Assembly (NCBI GenBank): GCA_900544545.1
Contig: UQVY01000003.1
Location: 81,655 to 145,654 of the forward strand
Reading direction: 5' to 3'
Source of the DNA: an uncultured Eubacteriales bacterium
GTDB taxonomy: Bacteria; Bacillota; Clostridia; Christensenellales; CAG-314
DNA: 64,000 nt
Numbering within the stretch: the stretch's first letter is position 1; every line of letters starts with the position of its first letter. Made by a program: the position numbers and the translations under genes. This document shows, one piece after another, positions 43,713 through 51,509 of the stretch. Below the pieces are notes generated by a model that saw nothing but the letters and a program-made list of their open reading frames with translations, was not told where the DNA came from and searched no databases.

Positions 43713-43779
43713 TGTCTTTATGAAAAGAATCGCGAAGGATTCGATTGGATTTTAACGCAAGGAGGCTTTAAAAAAATAT

Positions 43780-45642
43780 ATGAAAAAATTCAGGGCGGAG
43801 TCGCAGAAGCTGCTGGAAATGATGATCGATTCGGTTTATACTCACAGGGAAATCTTTCTCAGAGAGCTTATAAGCAACGCCGCGGACGCAATCGACAAAC
43901 AGTATTATAAATCGCTTTCGGGCGGAGAATCGGGAATGAACCGCGGAGATTATTCCATAAGAATCACCGCCGACAAGGAAAAAAGAACCCTTACCGTTTC
44001 GGATAACGGCTGCGGAATGAACGACTCCGAAATGGAGGAAAACCTCGGTACGATAGCGCACAGCGGCACGGGTATCTTCAGGAGCGAAAACGCCGGAAGC
44101 GAAGCCGCGGGCGAAGTTATCGGACAGTTCGGCGTAGGCTTTTATTCGGCGTTTATGGTAGCGAAAAAGGTCGAGGTCATCTCCAGACCTTACGGAAGCG
44201 AGAAGGCTTATAAATGGTCGTCCGAGGGCGTTTCGGGCTATACCGTGGAGGAAACCGACAAGGAAAGCAACGGTACGGACGTTATTCTTTACCTCAAGGA
44301 CAACGAAGAAGAGGAGAATTACGACGAATTCCTCGATACCTACGAGCTTAAAGCGCTCGTCAGGAAGTATTCGGACTATATACGCTATCCGATAATTATG
44401 AACGTCGAGATTTTCGAGCCGGACCCCGAGAAGAAGGGCGAGAGCTTCAAAAAGTTCGAGGATCAGACGGTCAACAGTATGGTTCCTCTCTGGAAAAAGA
44501 AGAAATCCGAGCTTACCGAAGAGGAGACGGATAACTTTTACAGGGACAAATTCCACGACTACGACAAGCCTCTCCTGACTATCCCCGTGAACGTGGAGGG
44601 AGCCGTGTCGTTCAGCGGACTGCTTTTCGTTCCGTCGAGAGCGCCTTACGACTTTTATTCCAAGGAATACGAGAGAGGTCTCGAATTGTACGGAAACGGC
44701 GTGCTTATCACCGAGAAATGCGCGGAGCTTATTCCCGAATACTTCGCCTTCGTCAGGGGCGTGGTGGATTCCTCCGACCTCAGCCTTAACCTTTCGAGAG
44801 AAATGCTTCAGCATAACCGCCAGCTCAAAGCCATTGCTTCCGCGGTCGAAAAGAAAATCAGGAACGCGCTCCTCGAGCTTATGAAGGAGGATACCGAGAA
44901 ATACGAGAAGTTCTTCGGAGTTTTCGGAACGCAGCTCAAATACGGAATCTATACCTCCTTCGGCGCGGATAAGGACAAGATAGAGGACCTTCTTATCTAT
45001 CGCCTCGCAGACAACGGAGATTATACGAGCCTTGCGGATTACGTCGAAAATATGAAGGACGGTCAAGAGGCCGTTTATTACGCCTGCGGACAGAGCGTGG
45101 AGGGAATCAGGGCTATGCCGCAGATGGAATTCATAGCCGAAAAGGGTTACGAGGTTCTGGCTATGACCGAAAACGTGGACGAATTCGTGGTCAAGCTCCT
45201 CGATAAGTACAAGGACAAGCCCTTTAAATCGATTTCGGGCGAGTCGGGCGAAGAAAAGAAAGAAGAGCTCAGTAAGATTCAGGAGGACGCGATCGCGTTC
45301 GTCGGAAAAACTCTCGGCGATAAGGTAAGCGAGGTCAGAGCGTCCTCACGACTCAAAAATCATCCCGTTTGTTTCGTGGAGGCGGGCGAGCTTTCCATAG
45401 AAATGGAGAAGATCCTCAACAGTATGCCCAACGCGCAGACCGTCAACGCCAAAAAAGTCCTCGAAATCAATCTGAATCACCCCGTTTTCGCAAAGATTAC
45501 AGAACTTTTCGAGAGCGATAAGGAGGCGCTTGAAAAGCTGTCCTTCGTGCTTTACGATCAGGCAAGGCTCATAGCGGGACTCGAACTCGACAATCCCGCG
45601 GAATTTTCGCAGAACGTATGCGACCTTATCGCGAAGCGGTAA
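43780..45642 (+). CDS. htpG: molecular chaperone HtpG (Hsp90)
   Basis: EIFLRELISNAADAIDK and IGQFGVGFYSAFMVA GHKL ATPase motifs. 620 aa. Confidence 0.95.
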   Translation: MKKFRAESQKLLEMMIDSVYTHREIFLRELISNAADAIDKQYYKSLSGGESGMNRGDYSIRITADKEKRTLTVSDNGCGMNDSEMEENLGTIAHSGTGIFRSENAGSEAAGEVIGQFGVGFYSAFMVAKKVEVISRPYGSEKAYKWSSEGVSGYTVEETDKESNGTDVILYLKDNEEEENYDEFLDTYELKALVRKYSDYIRYPIIMNVEIFEPDPEKKGESFKKFEDQTVNSMVPLWKKKKSELTEEETDNFYRDKFHDYDKPLLTIPVNVEGAVSFSGLLFVPSRAPYDFYSKEYERGLELYGNGVLITEKCAELIPEYFAFVRGVVDSSDLSLNLSREMLQHNRQLKAIASAVEKKIRNALLELMKEDTEKYEKFFGVFGTQLKYGIYTSFGADKDKIEDLLIYRLADNGDYTSLADYVENMKDGQEAVYYACGQSVEGIRAMPQMEFIAEKGYEVLAMTENVDEFVVKLLDKYKDKPFKSISGESGEEKKEELSKIQEDAIAFVGKTLGDKVSEVRASSRLKNHPVCFVEAGELSIEMEKILNSMPNAQTVNAKKVLEINLNHPVFAKITELFESDKEALEKLSFVLYDQARLIAGLELDNPAEFSQNVCDLIAKR

Positions 45643-45739
45643 TCTTCGGATAAGACCGAGAAATCCGATTTAAACGAATAAATCAAAACCGGGAAAAGAC
45701 CGAAACCGAGAGATAAATCGAGGTTTTCGGGAAGGAAAA

Positions 45740-45777
45740 ACGCCGAGGCTTATATAAAAGCGTCGGCGTCGTTTTTT
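45740..45777. terminator. hairpin terminator between convergent htpG and MarR genes
   Basis: ACGCCGA ...16-nt loop... TCGGCGT then CGTTTTTT. A-run on the left side. Confidence 0.5.
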
Positions 45778-45813
45778 GAGAATCGATGAAAGTTGGTTTT
45801 TATTGAAAATGAG

Positions 45814-46272
45814 TCAGGCGAGCTTATGCAGAAGCTTATCGAGTTCCTGCATAGCCGAAAGGAATTCGGCCTGCTGCTCTTCGGTGAAAATCCTTTCCAT
45901 CTGCCGCGTAAAATAATCGTTCCTTATGCGGCGGCAATGACGGGCGATGGATATTCCCGAGGGAGTAAGACGAATATAAATCGTGCGTCGGTTAAGCTCG
46001 TCGTGACGCCTCGAAACCAAAGACGCGTCTACGAGAGAATCTATGGTCTTGGTGAGATTCTGCGGCGGAAGAGCAAGCATACGGGCAGCCTGCGACATAC
46101 TCAGCTTCTTTTCCCTCTCGAGAAGGTCGAGAATAAGAATCTGCGTCCAGGTGAAATCGTAAAACTTATTTATCTCCTGAATCGTCGGAGTTATAACGCC
46201 CTTCGTGTAATAGCACGACCAGTCGATACCCGTGATATAGGCTTTTTTGATGTTTTCAGCTGTTTTTTCCAT
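45814..46272 (-). CDS. MarR family transcriptional regulator
   Basis: Winged-helix segment LSMSQAARMLALPPQNLTKTIDSLVDASLVSRRHDELNRRTIYIRLTPSG. Confidence 0.8.
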   Translation of the reverse strand: MEKTAENIKKAYITGIDWSCYYTKGVITPTIQEINKFYDFTWTQILILDLLEREKKLSMSQAARMLALPPQNLTKTIDSLVDASLVSRRHDELNRRTIYIRLTPSGISIARHCRRIRNDYFTRQMERIFTEEQQAEFLSAMQELDKLLHKLA

Positions 46273-46750
46273 AGTCGTTGTTTATATTGTCCGCAAACTC
46301 CTTCATATACGAAAGATTGATTTCGAGAAGCCTCGTGAATTCGGCGAAGTCTTCGTCGGTGAACTTCTCGCCGAGATGGTTCCCTAAGGTTTCGTAGGTG
46401 TTTTTAAGATAATCGTCGGTAAGAGATCTCCCCTTTTCCGACGCCTGAATGACGAAGATTCTGTTGTCGTCGGGATCGCGGGTACGGTCGACAAGCCCCG
46501 ATTCGACGAGGCGGTTTACGGGAAAGGTCATTCTCTGGTTAGAGGAGCCGATGTAATTCGCGAGCTGCGACATAGTAAGCTTCTTTTCGCGGAGAAGAAG
46601 AATCATTATTATCTCACGAACTCCGTTGAGAGCCGTGAATTCCTCGCACTTGCCGGTCTTGTTGGAAAGAGGAGAAAGAAAAAGGTTGTCTAAGTTAATC
46701 GGCATATTATAGAGCCAGTCGATAAGCTCGGTCAACGTATCTTTTTTCAT
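46256..46750 (-). CDS. MarR family transcriptional regulator (paralog, 17-nt overlap with the downstream MarR gene)
   Basis: LTMSQLANYIGSSNQRMTFPVNRLVESGLVDRTRDPDDNRIFVIQASEKG. AGGAGG RBS and a consensus promoter upstream. Confidence 0.8.
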   Translation of the reverse strand: MKKDTLTELIDWLYNMPINLDNLFLSPLSNKTGKCEEFTALNGVREIIMILLLREKKLTMSQLANYIGSSNQRMTFPVNRLVESGLVDRTRDPDDNRIFVIQASEKGRSLTDDYLKNTYETLGNHLGEKFTDEDFAEFTRLLEINLSYMKEFADNINNDYGKNS

Positions 46751-46770
46751 AAAAATCCTCCTGCTTCTAA

Positions 46771-46799
46771 ATTATATCCGTTCGGCGAAGGATTGTCAA
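46771..46799 (-). promoter_or_regulatory. sigma-70-like promoter for the tandem MarR genes
   Basis: On the minus strand: TTGACA - 17 nt - TATAAT, followed by AGGAGG and the ATG at 46750. Confidence 0.6.
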
Positions 46800-47023
46800 G
46801 TTATTGGGAGGAGGTTTTGCGCCGTTTCACGTAATCAAAAAACCGAATATAGAGTTTTTTTCCGTTTTTTACAAAGACTTTACGTTTCGGAACGAAGGGA
46901 TTTTCCGCGAAAAACGCCGAAAGTCGGGCGAAAAAACCGCCGTTGTCGATAAGGTACAGATAAAACGCCGTACAGAATTTACGCGGTGCTTTATGCGGAA
47001 ATCCGTCCGCCGTACGAGCCGCA

Positions 47024-47058
47024 CGAAAAAAGGACGCACGTCGGGAAACGCGCGTCCT
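47024..47058 (-). terminator. intrinsic terminator after pepF
   Basis: On the minus strand: AGGACGCGCG tttcccgac GTGCGTCCT followed by T6. Confidence 0.7.
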
Positions 47059-47087
47059 GAGTTCAATCGGACTAAAAACCGAAGGTT

Positions 47088-48875
47088 TTATTTTCCGAGA
47101 AGCTTCTTAAGCTCTTCGAGAGTATCGGCGAAGGATTTAGCGACGATATCGAAAGGCTCGTTGGTCGTAAGGTCGACGCCCGCGACTTTAAGCTCGCTTA
47201 CGGGGTCCATAGAGCAGCCGAGAGTCAGGAATTTCCTGTAATTCGCAACCGCGGACTTGCCTTCCCTGAGAATCTTTTCCGCAATGCAGACCGCGGAAAT
47301 TATGCCCGTGGAGTACTTGTAAACGTAGAAGGCTCTGTAGAAATGAGGAACTCTCGCCCATTCGTAAGCGATTTCCTTGTTATGTCTGACAGCCTTGCCG
47401 TAATACTTCTTGTTGAGTTTGAGATATTCCTTGCAGAGGTTTTCGTAGGTAAGAGTTTCGCCCTTTTCTTCCATCGAGTGAGAGATATATTCGAATTCGG
47501 CGAACATAGCCTGACGATACATCGTGGTTCTCAGCATATCGAGATAGAACGTAAGGAGATACTTTTTGACGTTGACGTCCTCGGTGGTGTTGAGGAGGTA
47601 TTTGAGAAGAAGGACTTCGTTGCAGGTGGAAGCGACTTCGGCTACGAAAATCTTGTAATCCGCTTTGTCTTCGGGCTGCGTGCCGTTGCTGTAATAGCTG
47701 TGCATAGCGTGTCCCATTTCGTGAGCGATGGTGCTGATATCGTTGGTGGTCTGCTGATAGTTCAGAAGAACGAAGGGATGAACGCCCTGCATTCCGATGG
47801 AATAAGCTCCGCTGCGTTTTCCGGGGGTTTCGTAAACGTCGATCCAGCGTTCCTTTCTCGCCTGTTCGAGAACCTTGACGTAATCCTTGCCGAGAGGAGC
47901 GAGAGCCTTCTTTACAAGGTCGTAAGCGTCGTCGAATTCGAGCTTGATATCCGCATTTTCAATCATCGGAACGTAAAGGTCGTACATATTGAGAGTTTTG
48001 AGCCCGAGGACTTCCTTTCTGAGCGCGATATAGTCGTGAAGAGGTTCGAGGTTCTTGTTTATACATCTGATGAGGTTTTCGTAAACCTTCTTGTCTACGT
48101 CTTCGTAGAAAAGAGCCGATTCCATCGTGGAGCCGAATTTCCTCGTTCTTGCGCGGGTCCAGTCTACCTTGACCTGAGAAGCGTAAAGCGAGGAAAGGGT
48201 GTTGATAACGTCGATATAGCCCTTATAATACTTCTTGAAAGCGTCCGCGCGGACCTTCTGGTCGGGATTATGAAGAAGCTGGGAATACACTCCGTGGGAG
48301 AGCGGGACTTTCTTGCCGTCCACGGTAACCTTAGCCCATTTTATGTCGCCGTTGTCGAGTCTGTCGAAAGCGGCTTTGAAGTTTCCGAGAACGGAGGAGA
48401 AGGAAGCGATGATCCTTTCTTCTTCCGCGGAAAGAATATGGTCCTTTCCTTTAAGAATCATTTTAAGGGAAACGTCGTAATCGGAGAATCTCGGATCGGC
48501 GATCATATCTTCGAGCGTTTCTTTGGAATTGGCGGAGATTTCGGGATCCGCGAAAGAGGTGGCTTCGCCAAGCTTGGCGAACATACTCATTACTCTTCCC
48601 CAACGGGTCTGAGCTTCGGTATTCTTGCTGTCTTCGTCCTGACCGAGGAAAGCGTAGAGATAAACCAGACCTATCTTTTTGTTGTGCTTGGTGTTGAAAA
48701 GAAGATATTCGAGAATGGTCTCTTTGTTGTTGAGTTTGCCTTTATAGGCAGCGAAAGCGGGAATGAGAGCCTCGATTTCCTTCAGGGCTTTTTCCCAGTC
48801 TTCGGGCGTTTTGAAAATAGCGGTTTTATCCCAGGTATATTGAGCGGGGATTTCGGATCTTTTGCTGTAACTCAT
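47088..48875 (-). CDS. pepF: oligoendopeptidase F (M3B)
   Basis: HEMGHAMH zinc motif. N-terminus MSYSKRSEIPAQYTWD typical of PepF. The start is set at 48875. Confidence 0.9.
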   Translation of the reverse strand: MSYSKRSEIPAQYTWDKTAIFKTPEDWEKALKEIEALIPAFAAYKGKLNNKETILEYLLFNTKHNKKIGLVYLYAFLGQDEDSKNTEAQTRWGRVMSMFAKLGEATSFADPEISANSKETLEDMIADPRFSDYDVSLKMILKGKDHILSAEEERIIASFSSVLGNFKAAFDRLDNGDIKWAKVTVDGKKVPLSHGVYSQLLHNPDQKVRADAFKKYYKGYIDVINTLSSLYASQVKVDWTRARTRKFGSTMESALFYEDVDKKVYENLIRCINKNLEPLHDYIALRKEVLGLKTLNMYDLYVPMIENADIKLEFDDAYDLVKKALAPLGKDYVKVLEQARKERWIDVYETPGKRSGAYSIGMQGVHPFVLLNYQQTTNDISTIAHEMGHAMHSYYSNGTQPEDKADYKIFVAEVASTCNEVLLLKYLLNTTEDVNVKKYLLTFYLDMLRTTMYRQAMFAEFEYISHSMEEKGETLTYENLCKEYLKLNKKYYGKAVRHNKEIAYEWARVPHFYRAFYVYKYSTGIISAVCIAEKILREGKSAVANYRKFLTLGCSMDPVSELKVAGVDLTTNEPFDIVAKSFADTLEELKKLLGK

Positions 48876-49085
48876 TAGATGACTTCTGCCTCCTGTGTTA
48901 TTTACTGAGTCAACGAGATTATAACACAAAAAATAAAGCTTCGCAACTTTTTTTTACCGTCAAAAGCATAAAAATGCCTTTATACGGATTAAAAAACGCG
49001 ATTTTCGGGCGGGAACGAAAATCCTGCGCGCGGATTCGGGAAGCCAAAGGGGATTTTCGGTTAAGATAGTCCGAAAGGAAGATTG

Positions 49086-49280
49086 CGCTTTTTACCGTCA
49101 GAAGAAAGAGCCTGCGCGTTTCGTACTCACGAGAGGAAGGCTGCGCACGCTCGGACGGAGGCGGACGAGTTTCGCCGTCAGAAGAAAGAGCCGAGGTTTT
49201 CGGTTCGTCCGGAGAGGAAGCAAGGAGGTTTTACAGTCGGGAGGGGAAAGCCGACGCTTTTTGCCGCGAAAGTCGCGATA
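49086..49280. repeat. ~80-89-bp degenerate tandem repeat (about 2.3 units) in the pepF / rny divergent region
   Basis: CCGTCAGAAGAAAGAGCC occurs at 49095 and 49175, each followed by GAGAGGAAG-type segments. There is a third partial unit at ~49264 and a related TTTTACCGTCAAAAGCATAAAAATGCC at ~48952. Confidence 0.75.
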
Positions 49281-49369
49281 AACGGTAAAAACCGCGTGAA
49301 TCCGCACTTTTTCGGATTTTCGAGGCAGAGCGCCGCCTTCAAAAAAGCGTATGGATAGACATAAAACGA

Positions 49370-49398
49370 TTGACAAAATCCGCTATCTATACTAAAAT
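49370..49398 (+). promoter_or_regulatory. sigma-70-like promoter for rny
   Basis: TTGACA - 17 nt - TAAAAT. The ~110-nt leader has hairpins (GGGTTAT..ATAACCC, GACGGC..GCCGTC). Confidence 0.55.
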
Positions 49399-49511
49399 TA
49401 AAGTATTGTGGGTTATCCTAATAACCCTCCGTGTCAATAATATCGACGGCGGACGGGCTTTTTGCTTTTAAAGCCGTCATATTCGGTGCGAATATATCTG
49501 GAGGAAAAAAT

Positions 49512-51107
49512 ATGTTTTTCAACGTGATGCTCAGTGCAGGTCAGGTTTCGGTCTGGCTGGCCGTGGTTATCGGTATAGTGGGCATCGGTGTAGGTGTGGG
49601 CGTTTTGTATTTCGTGGAGAAATACGTCTTCACGAAAAGAGTCGAGGAAGCTAAAAAACGCGCAGATTCTATTATTGGTGTCGCTGAAGAAGAAGCGAGA
49701 AAAAGAAAAAAAGAGAAAATCATCGAAACTAAGGAAGAGGTGGAACAGCTCAAGCTCAACTTCGAGCTGGAGAGTAAGGAAAGGTCGAAGGAGCTTTCCA
49801 AAAAGGAGGACCGCCTCGTAGGAAGAGAAGCTACTCTCGATAAGAAAGAGGACGTTCTTACGAGAAAACAGGAGCAACTCGAACAGCAACAGAAAACTCT
49901 TCAGAATCAGCAAGCCGAGCTTCAGCGGAAGCAGGCGGAAATGGAGAAATTCAACGAAAAGCTCAATTCCGAGCTTGAAAGAGTTTCGCAGATGACAAAA
50001 GAGGAAGCGAAAGCCTCTCTCGTCGAAACGATTGTGTCCGACGCGAGAAAGGAAGCCGCGGTCATCGTCCGCGAAATCGAAAACGAAGCCAAGGAAAACG
50101 GCGAGAAACGAGCGAGAGAAATCATCGGCAGCGCGATCCAGAGATGCGCGGCGGATCAGGTTTCCGAAGCGACCATAACGACAATTCCGCTTCCCAACGA
50201 CGATATGAAGGGAAGACTCATAGGCCGCGAAGGAAGAAATATCAGAGCTATCGAAAACGCCACGGGAGTAGACCTTATCATCGACGATACGCCCGAAGTC
50301 GTCATTCTTTCGGGATTCGACCCCGTAAGAAGACAGATCGCGAGAATCACCGTCGAAAGACTTATTACCGACGGAAGAATCCACCCCGCAAGAATCGAAG
50401 AGATGGCGGAGAAGGTCAGAAAGGAGATGGACGTTACCATAAAGGAAGCCGGCGAAGCAGCCTCCTTCGATACGGGCGTCTTCGGACTTCATCCCGAAAT
50501 AATCAAGCTTCTCGGACGGCTTAAATTCAGGACGAGTTACGGACAGAACGTCCTCAATCACTCCCTCGAGGTTTCCTATATAGCCGGAATGATGGCGGCG
50601 GAACTCGGAGTGGACGTTATGCTCGCGAAAAGAGCGGGACTTCTCCACGATATAGGCAAAGCCGTGGATCAGGAGGTCGAAGGCACGCACGTTCAGATAG
50701 GAGCGGACCTCGCCAAAAAGTACCGCGAAAGCAAAGAGGTCGTCAACGCTATTATGGCGCACCACGGCGACGTCGATCCTATGACGGTGGAAGCCGTTCT
50801 CGTTGCGGCGGCGGACGCGGTTTCGGGCGCAAGACCGGGCGCAAGACGCGAGACTATCGAGAATTACGTCAAGCGGCTCGAAAAGCTCGAGGAGATCGCG
50901 AGCGACTTCAACGGAGTCCAGAAGGTTTACGCTCTTCAGGCGGGCAGAGAGGTCAGAGTTATCGTAAAGCCCGAGGTAGTAAACGACCCGACTATGGTCC
51001 TTCTCGCAAAAGACATCGCCAAGAAGATCGAAAGCGAAATGGAATATCCCGGACAGATAAAGGTCAACGTTATCAGGGAAACGAGAAGCGTCGAATACGC
51101 GAAATAA
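49512..51107 (+). CDS. rny: ribonuclease Y
   Basis: N-terminal TM helix, coiled-coil, KH domain ([13 protein letters not shown]) and HD domain (LLHDIGKA...HHGD). GGAGGAAAAAAT precedes the ATG at 49512. Confidence 0.9.
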   Translation: MFFNVMLSAGQVSVWLAVVIGIVGIGVGVGVLYFVEKYVFTKRVEEAKKRADSIIGVAEEEARKRKKEKIIETKEEVEQLKLNFELESKERSKELSKKEDRLVGREATLDKKEDVLTRKQEQLEQQQKTLQNQQAELQRKQAEMEKFNEKLNSELERVSQMTKEEAKASLVETIVSDARKEAAVIVREIENEAKENGEKRAREIIGSAIQRCAADQVSEATITTIPLPNDDMKGRLIGREGRNIRAIENATGVDLIIDDTPEVVILSGFDPVRRQIARITVERLITDGRIHPARIEEMAEKVRKEMDVTIKEAGEAASFDTGVFGLHPEIIKLLGRLKFRTSYGQNVLNHSLEVSYIAGMMAAELGVDVMLAKRAGLLHDIGKAVDQEVEGTHVQIGADLAKKYRESKEVVNAIMAHHGDVDPMTVEAVLVAAADAVSGARPGARRETIENYVKRLEKLEEIASDFNGVQKVYALQAGREVRVIVKPEVVNDPTMVLLAKDIAKKIESEMEYPGQIKVNVIRETRSVEYAK

Positions 51108-51174
51108 AGCCGGGAAACGAAATATCGGTCGGATATCGCAAATCGCGGAAAAGACCTGTAAAAACGAATATAAA

Positions 51175-51208
51175 GCCTGCGGAGAGCCAAAAATCCGCGG
51201 GCTTTTTT
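51175..51208 (+). terminator. intrinsic terminator after rny
   Basis: GCCTGCGGA gagccaaaaa TCCGCGGGC followed by T6. Confidence 0.75.
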
Positions 51209-51249
51209 CAAAAAAGAAAAAATCAGGGCGTAAATAAACCTATATACGA

Positions 51250-51278
51250 TTGACAAAAAACGCCGCCGATAGTATAAT
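51250..51278 (+). promoter_or_regulatory. sigma-70-like promoter for tRNA-Trp
   Basis: TTGACA - 17 nt - TATAAT, ending 9 nt before the tRNA 5' end. Confidence 0.65.
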
Positions 51279-51287
51279 GAAGCGAGT

Positions 51288-51362
51288 AGGGGAGTGGCTC
51301 AACGGTAGAGTAGCGGTCTCCAAAACCGTAGGTTGCGTGTTCGAATCGCGTCTCCCCTGCCA
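51288..51362 (+). tRNA. tRNA-Trp (anticodon CCA), CCA end encoded
   Basis: Acceptor AGGGGAG/CTCCCCT, anticodon loop CTCCAAA, T-arm GCGTG TTCGAAT CGCGT. It has its own consensus promoter and terminator. Confidence 0.9.
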
Positions 51363-51368
51363 TAGACG

Positions 51369-51400
51369 CGGATTATCCGAGAGGATAGTCCGTTTTTTTT
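51369..51400 (+). terminator. intrinsic terminator after tRNA-Trp
   Basis: CGGATTATCC gaga GGATAGTCCG followed by T8. Confidence 0.8.
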
Positions 51401-51509
51401 GCGTTAAAGGCGTTGCCGGTATCGTTATCAGAACGAAGAAGGCGGAACAGCCTGTCGGCGTCCCGCCCTGTTAAGAAGGAGTACTATGCGTTACTCCGTA
51501 TCGCAATTG

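Noticed and set aside
43768-45066. 432-aa minus-strand ORF. The same type includes 6145..7371(-), 47343..48878(+), 49434..50765(-), 1798..3432(-), 27070..28254(-) and 34872..35918(+).
   Set aside because: All of these are long antisense frames opposite genes with unambiguous family motifs (htpG, plsC/ispH, pepF, rny, oadA/surE, M28 peptidase, tilS). Their translations are Arg/Phe/Val-rich with no recognisable domains.
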